Source: Ostreococcus lucimarinus (lineage: Eukaryota). Taken from it: 64,000 nt of DNA. Below are positions 59,513 to 64,000 of the stretch, in pieces. Under the pieces are notes generated by a model. That model had not been told where the DNA came from and ran no database searches. It saw only the letters and a list, made by a program, of their open reading frames with translations. Position 1 is the stretch's first letter. Every line of letters begins with the position of its first letter. The stretch lies in NCBI GenBank assembly GCA_000092065.1, contig CP000583.1. One strand, 5' to 3'. Position numbers and translations under genes: made by a program.

Positions 59513-59597
59513 GTCGAGTCGTCGCGCGTCGGTGTGCGCCGACGACGCGCGCGCGCGAAGGAGAGGCGCAGATGCGTCGACGCGCGATCGACGTTTG

Positions 59598-59610
59598 TGA
59601 TATATTATAC
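59598..59610 (+). promoter_or_regulatory. TATA-like element (GATATATTATACG) in an AT-rich island of the 187-bp divergent spacer between SBE and cycloartenol synthase.
   Basis: It lies ~95 bp upstream of the CAS ATG at 59700 and is the only AT-rich patch in the spacer. This is a positional argument only. Confidence 0.25.
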
Positions 59611-59699
59611 GTGTCGTATGTCCGAGTTATGTTTTTATCTCTCGCGCGACGCATCGACGGCCCGGCGCGCGGCGTCGACGACGGAGCGCGACGCGCGCG

Positions 59700-62093
59700 A
59701 TGTGGACGCTCGAGTGCGCGACGGCGGCGGGCGCGCGCGATGCCGCGACGCTCGAGACGCTGAACGCGCACGTCGGGCGACAGGTGTGGACGCACGTCGA
59801 CGCGAACGAGGGAGACGACGAGGCGGGCGAGACGACGACGACGACGACGACGACGACGGGCGAGGGAAACGCCGCGCGACGACGGTGGACGAAGGAAGAG
59901 ATAAAGAGGGGACGCGCGGCGCAAGACGCGATGCGGGCGGCGTACGCGAAGACGCGGCACGAGCGTAAACACAGCGAAGACGCGTTTCTGCGCGCGCAGT
60001 ACGACGCGAGGCGAAGCGCGCGAGGCTTGGAGACGAAGACGAAGACGCCGAGCGCGATGGAGATTTCGAGAGGGGAAAAAGAGGGGAAGGGCGTCGACGG
60101 GGAGGTGGTGCGGCGAGCGATGCGAGCGGGGATCGAGTATTATCGAGGGATACAGGACGAGGACGGACACTGGGCGAGCGACTACGGCGGGCCGATGTTT
60201 TTGATGCCGGGGTTGATCATCGCGGCGAACGTCATGGAAAAATCGGAGGAGATCATCGGTGAAGCGCGAGGGCGGGAGATGCTGAGATACCTGGAGAATC
60301 ACTTGAACGAGGATGGGGGCGTTGGGTTGCACATCGAAGGTCACAGTACAATGTTTGGGACGGTTTTGACGTACGTGGCGATGCGGTTGCTCGGCAAGGC
60401 GGCGGATTCGCCCGAGTGCGCGAAAACGCGCAAGTGGATCATCGATCGCGGTGGCGCGACGCAGGTACCGTCGTGGGGGAAGTTTTGGCTCGCCGTGCTG
60501 GGGGTGTACGAGTGGCACGGGTTGAATCCGATTCCGCCCGAGTGTTGGTTGTTGCCGTATTGGCTCCCCATGCATCCGGGTCGATTCTGGTGCCACTGTC
60601 GCATGGTGTACTTGCCGATGAGTTACCTGTACGGCATCCGGGCCACGGGTAAACCGACGGCGTTGACCGCGGCGTTGAAATCGGAGTTATACGCCGAGGC
60701 ATCGTACGACTCAATCAACTGGAACACTGCGAGAAACGCGTGCGCGAAGGAGGACTTGTACTACCCGCACCCGTGGATTCAAGACGTCGTCTGGTCGACG
60801 CTCATGAAGGTCGAGCCGTTCTTGATGAATTCTCGCGTGCGCAAGGCGGCGTGCGAAGATGCGATGCGGCAGATTCATTACGAGGACGAAAACACGCGCT
60901 ACGTGGACATTGGGCCGGTGAATAAAGTCTTCAATATGTTGTCATGCTGGTTTGAAGATCCCGATTCAGAGGCGGTGAAGAAGCACATTCCACGCATCGC
61001 CGACTACCTCTGGGTCGCCGAGGACGGGATGAAAATGCAAGGATACAACGGAAGTCAGCTGTGGGACTGCGCGTTTTCCGTTCAAGCGATCGTAGCGACG
61101 GGTTTAGCGGACGAATATGGCGAGTGCTTACGTCGCGCGCACGACTACATCGAAAAGAGTCAAGTACGAGACGACTGCCCTGATGTCGAAAAGTGGTATC
61201 GTCACATTTCCAAGGGTGCGTGGCCGTTCAGCACACGCGATCACGGTTGGCCGATCTCCGATTGCTCCTCCGAAGGCTTGAAGGCGGCTTTGACGCTGGC
61301 GTCGATGGACGAGAAACTCGTCGGCGAGGCGATTCCCGTCGACCGACTCGCGGATTGCGTGAACGTCATCCTATCCTATCAAAATCGCGGCAGTGGTGGC
61401 TGGGCTACGTACGAAAATACTCGATCGACGAAGTGGGTCGAGCTCTTGAACCCAGCGGAGACGTTCGGGGACATCATGATCGATTACCCGTACGTTGAGT
61501 GCTCGAGCGCGAGTTTGCAGGCGCTGTGCAAATTTTCTGAGCGCTATCCGGACATTCGCGCCAAGGATATCGCGCATGCCAAGAAGACTGGCCGAAAGTT
61601 TTTGAAAAGTATTCAACGCGCCGATGGAAGCTGGTACGGATCGTGGGCGGTGTGCTTCACGTACGGAACGTGGTTCGGCGTCCTGGGATTGATCGCCACG
61701 GGGTCGACGTACGAGACGTGCCCATCGCTTCGTAAAGCAGTCGAGTTCTTGCTCTCGAAACAGCAAGAAAATGGTGGATGGAGCGAGAGCTATTTATCGT
61801 GCGAGAAAAAGGCGTACCACGAGCTTCGCGACAAGGATGGTAAGCCGAAGCCGCACTTGGTAAACACGGGATGGGCGATGCTTGCGCTCATCGCCAGCGG
61901 TCAACAAAACCGCGACGCGACGCCATTACATCGCGCCGCACGATGCATGCTCTCACAACAATATGAGAACGGCGATTTCCCGCAGCAAAGCATCATGGGT
62001 GTCTTCAACGCCAACTGCATGATTTCCTACAGTTGCTACCGAAGCATTTTCACACTCTGGGCGCTCGGCGAGTACTGCAACAAAGTTCTGTAA
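59700..62093 (+). CDS. CAS1: Oxidosqualene cyclase, most likely cycloartenol synthase (sterol biosynthesis).
   Basis: The full-length 797 aa product begins with the N-terminal MWTLE…NAHVGRQVW (cf. the plant CAS MWKLK…NHVGRQ-W) and carries QW repeats (…QQENGGWSESY…, …RADGSWYGSW…). The catalytic-Asp motif is present as …WPISDCSSEGL… (a DCTAE variant). Confidence 0.9.
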   Translation: MWTLECATAAGARDAATLETLNAHVGRQVWTHVDANEGDDEAGETTTTTTTTTGEGNAARRRWTKEEIKRGRAAQDAMRAAYAKTRHERKHSEDAFLRAQYDARRSARGLETKTKTPSAMEISRGEKEGKGVDGEVVRRAMRAGIEYYRGIQDEDGHWASDYGGPMFLMPGLIIAANVMEKSEEIIGEARGREMLRYLENHLNEDGGVGLHIEGHSTMFGTVLTYVAMRLLGKAADSPECAKTRKWIIDRGGATQVPSWGKFWLAVLGVYEWHGLNPIPPECWLLPYWLPMHPGRFWCHCRMVYLPMSYLYGIRATGKPTALTAALKSELYAEASYDSINWNTARNACAKEDLYYPHPWIQDVVWSTLMKVEPFLMNSRVRKAACEDAMRQIHYEDENTRYVDIGPVNKVFNMLSCWFEDPDSEAVKKHIPRIADYLWVAEDGMKMQGYNGSQLWDCAFSVQAIVATGLADEYGECLRRAHDYIEKSQVRDDCPDVEKWYRHISKGAWPFSTRDHGWPISDCSSEGLKAALTLASMDEKLVGEAIPVDRLADCVNVILSYQNRGSGGWATYENTRSTKWVELLNPAETFGDIMIDYPYVECSSASLQALCKFSERYPDIRAKDIAHAKKTGRKFLKSIQRADGSWYGSWAVCFTYGTWFGVLGLIATGSTYETCPSLRKAVEFLLSKQQENGGWSESYLSCEKKAYHELRDKDGKPKPHLVNTGWAMLALIASGQQNRDATPLHRAARCMLSQQYENGDFPQQSIMGVFNANCMISYSCYRSIFTLWALGEYCNKVL

Positions 62094-62278
62094 AAGAAAT
62101 ACCTTTGAACTCGACAGCACGAGACAAACTCGTCCCAGGGAGCGGGTCGTGTGCGCACACACAAAATCGCGTGGACCTGGAGCAGCGCCCGCGTCGTCTC
62201 GCAGTAAACATTTCTTGAAACAAATACGCATTGAATTAATAATCACTTCCTGAAATCCATAAATACAACGCTGAAAAG

Positions 62279-62881
62279 CTACAGGTACCACAACACGCGC
62301 TTATCCGCCTTCAAAACCCCGTACACCGCCAACACGTCGTCCCCGCTCTCCATCTCCAGCGTCACGTTTGCGCTCACGTACTTCCCCTTCGAGCTCGGCC
62401 TCGCCGTCACGTTCTCCGGATGTATGTACCTCCCACCCAGCGCCTCCGAAATCATCTCTCGAACGCTATCGACGAACGTTCCGTCGTCCAAGCCGATGGC
62501 TTGAAACTTTCGCGCGCACGGGTACTCGTTGACGCGCGCGTCCAGCGCCTTCCACTTCGCGTCATTCTCATCGTCCTCGTTCGACGCCATCACCGTGGGC
62601 GTCCGCGCCTCGCTCGGCGTCGAGCGAGCATCGCGCGTTTTACGCAGCTCGCGCATGGTGTCGAGGAGCGAGGCATCGAGCGGCGTCGCGCGCTCTGGGT
62701 CGTCACCGCTCGAGGCGTCACCGCTCGCGGGGGAAGACGACGCGAATGCGACGCGCGCGCGCTGCGACGCGGGACGTGCGATGCGCCGGGTGACGTAGGT
62801 GTGTATACACTGCGCGCGCGCGAGGAGCATGGCGCTAGCGATGGCGAGAGGCGCGAAGTGCGGAGGTTTCAACGTTTGCAC
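62279..62881 (-). CDS. DUF493 (YbeD/UPF0250-like) small protein with an N-terminal targeting-like extension.
   Basis: The conserved DUF493 core is in the C-terminal ~90 aa (…YPCARKFQAIGLDDGTFVDSVREMISEAL…GKYVSANVTLEMESGDDVLAVYGVL…). Confidence 0.6.
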   Translation of the reverse strand: MQTLKPPHFAPLAIASAMLLARAQCIHTYVTRRIARPASQRARVAFASSSPASGDASSGDDPERATPLDASLLDTMRELRKTRDARSTPSEARTPTVMASNEDDENDAKWKALDARVNEYPCARKFQAIGLDDGTFVDSVREMISEALGGRYIHPENVTARPSSKGKYVSANVTLEMESGDDVLAVYGVLKADKRVLWYL

Positions 62882-62933
62882 GCTTACAGGCGAGAAGGGC
62901 TCGCCGTCGCGCGACGAGTAATGTTACACATGA

Positions 62934-64000
62934 TTAGCGTTTGGCGCGCGCGGCGCGTGATTTTGCCTTAGTTTTGTTCGCCTCGCGACTCGCCGCGGCG
63001 GTAGGGCGGAGCTCACCGCGCGCGAGCTCAGTTTTAACCTCGAGCGAGCCGCGGGAGATGCCGTGCGCTCGGCCATTCGCATCCGGTAATTTCGAGAGCC
63101 AACTCGCGAGTTCGCTCGAGGACGTGCGCCCGTTCGCTAGGTCGCGATAACGCGATAGAAGCTCGGGGACCACACTCGCGGGCTCGTCCACGAGCTCGAC
63201 GCGGAAGTGGCAAATGCCGGCGTCGATGAATGTTTTCAGGTACTCCGCGCCCGTTTGCGCCTGAGCGTTGAAGACGGTGTTTCGGCACCCCATGTCTGCG
63301 AGGACAAGATGGTCGGCACCGCGGTCGTCTCGCAAGTGCAAGTGCTTGCTCTCGCATGGATGGCCACAATCTTTGTACGAGTTTCCGTCGGACATGAATC
63401 GACAGAACACGCAGTGTTCGGTATGGAAGATTGGCAAATGCTGATGGACGATGACTTCGAGCTTGGACGCGCCCGCGGGACCGAGGGCGACTGCGAGCGC
63501 GCGTTGCTGCTCGGCGTTCAAGTCATGCGTTGGCGTCAAGCGCTCGAGTCCTGACCTCAGAAAGACGTCCGCACCGATTGCGTTGGCGGCGTTTAATGAA
63601 AAGTCACCACGAAGCGGTGGAATGACGACATCGGCGTCCGAGCGCCCGAGTTCGAGCAGTGTCTGTAATAAACCCGCCGATCGCACGAGCAGGGCGTCGG
63701 CGCCTAGATTGAGATAGTATCGCCACAGTTGCTCTTCTTCTGGCTTCAGCACGCGCGGCGTGGCGACCACGGCTGTTTTCCCCGCGGCTTGAACGAGACG
63801 AACCGTTTTTTGCAATCCGTGAACTTCTAAAAAGTCCAAAGCGATTTCGTCCACGCCATCGACAGTCACCGCAGCTTCGGCTTGCGCGCGCGTGCGACAG
63901 AGCACAGAGATGGACGGCAACCCGCTCGTAGGATTCACGCGCGGTTCTTTGCTCGCTCCTTTATCGCGTTGATCGATGATATCGCCCCACCATGCGTTGC
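62934..64000 (-). CDS. Peptidase-U32-family protein (YegQ/RlhA/UbiU-like). The 5' end runs off the window (the frame is open to position 64000).
   Basis: The U32 core has a conserved Cys cluster …IFHTEHCVFCRFMSDGNSYKDCGHPCE…; the surrounding sequence (…GADALLV…, …NTVFNAQAQ…) also looks U32-like. The listed ORF begins at a GTG, and the frame stays open upstream (…NAWWGDIIDQRDKGASKEPR…). Confidence 0.7.
   Translation of the reverse strand, partial: NAWWGDIIDQRDKGASKEPRVNPTSGLPSISVLCRTRAQAEAAVTVDGVDEIALDFLEVHGLQKTVRLVQAAGKTAVVATPRVLKPEEEQLWRYYLNLGADALLVRSAGLLQTLLELGRSDADVVIPPLRGDFSLNAANAIGADVFLRSGLERLTPTHDLNAEQQRALAVALGPAGASKLEVIVHQHLPIFHTEHCVFCRFMSDGNSYKDCGHPCESKHLHLRDDRGADHLVLADMGCRNTVFNAQAQTGAEYLKTFIDAGICHFRVELVDEPASVVPELLSRYRDLANGRTSSSELASWLSKLPDANGRAHGISRGSLEVKTELARGELRPTAAASREANKTKAKSRAARAKR

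Overview
This is a GC-rich (roughly 65% GC by eye), very gene-dense nuclear segment of a eukaryote. There are about 36 protein-coding genes in 64 kb on both strands, with intergenic spacers from a few tens to about 500 bp, almost no repeats, and no rRNA, tRNA or mobile elements that I can recognise. Codon usage is strongly NNG/NNC-biased and introns are rare. The three introns I could verify share GTGCGT/GTACGT donors, a CTGAC branch motif about 30 nt upstream of the CAG acceptor, and lengths of 300-330 nt. Gene content points to a photosynthetic green alga (inference: a Mamiellophyceae/Micromonas-like picoalga). It includes a plastidic phosphate translocator, starch-branching enzyme, cycloartenol synthase, LL-DAP aminotransferase, a Deg protease, organellar uL18 and a PNPase with a transit peptide. 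Because the DNA is so GC-rich, long spurious ORFs are open on every strand; I assigned genes only where the translated product showed recognisable conserved motifs or clear coding codon bias. The most unusual locus is a ~1,380-aa protein at 6670-10806 whose core is an almost perfect 180-bp tandem array encoding 14 or more C-x2-C-x12-H-x3-C zinc fingers, with a DEK-C-like C-terminus. Other notable items:
- a MATH + prolyl-4-hydroxylase fusion;
- a bHLH-MYC_N-type domain protein preceded by a perfect 16-bp palindrome;
- a U32 peptidase (a mostly prokaryotic family) next to a DUF493 gene;
- an ATGA stop/start overlap between two genes;
- several convergent gene pairs only 20-66 bp apart.
I see no defence or mobile system; the interest here lies in the gene architectures listed above.
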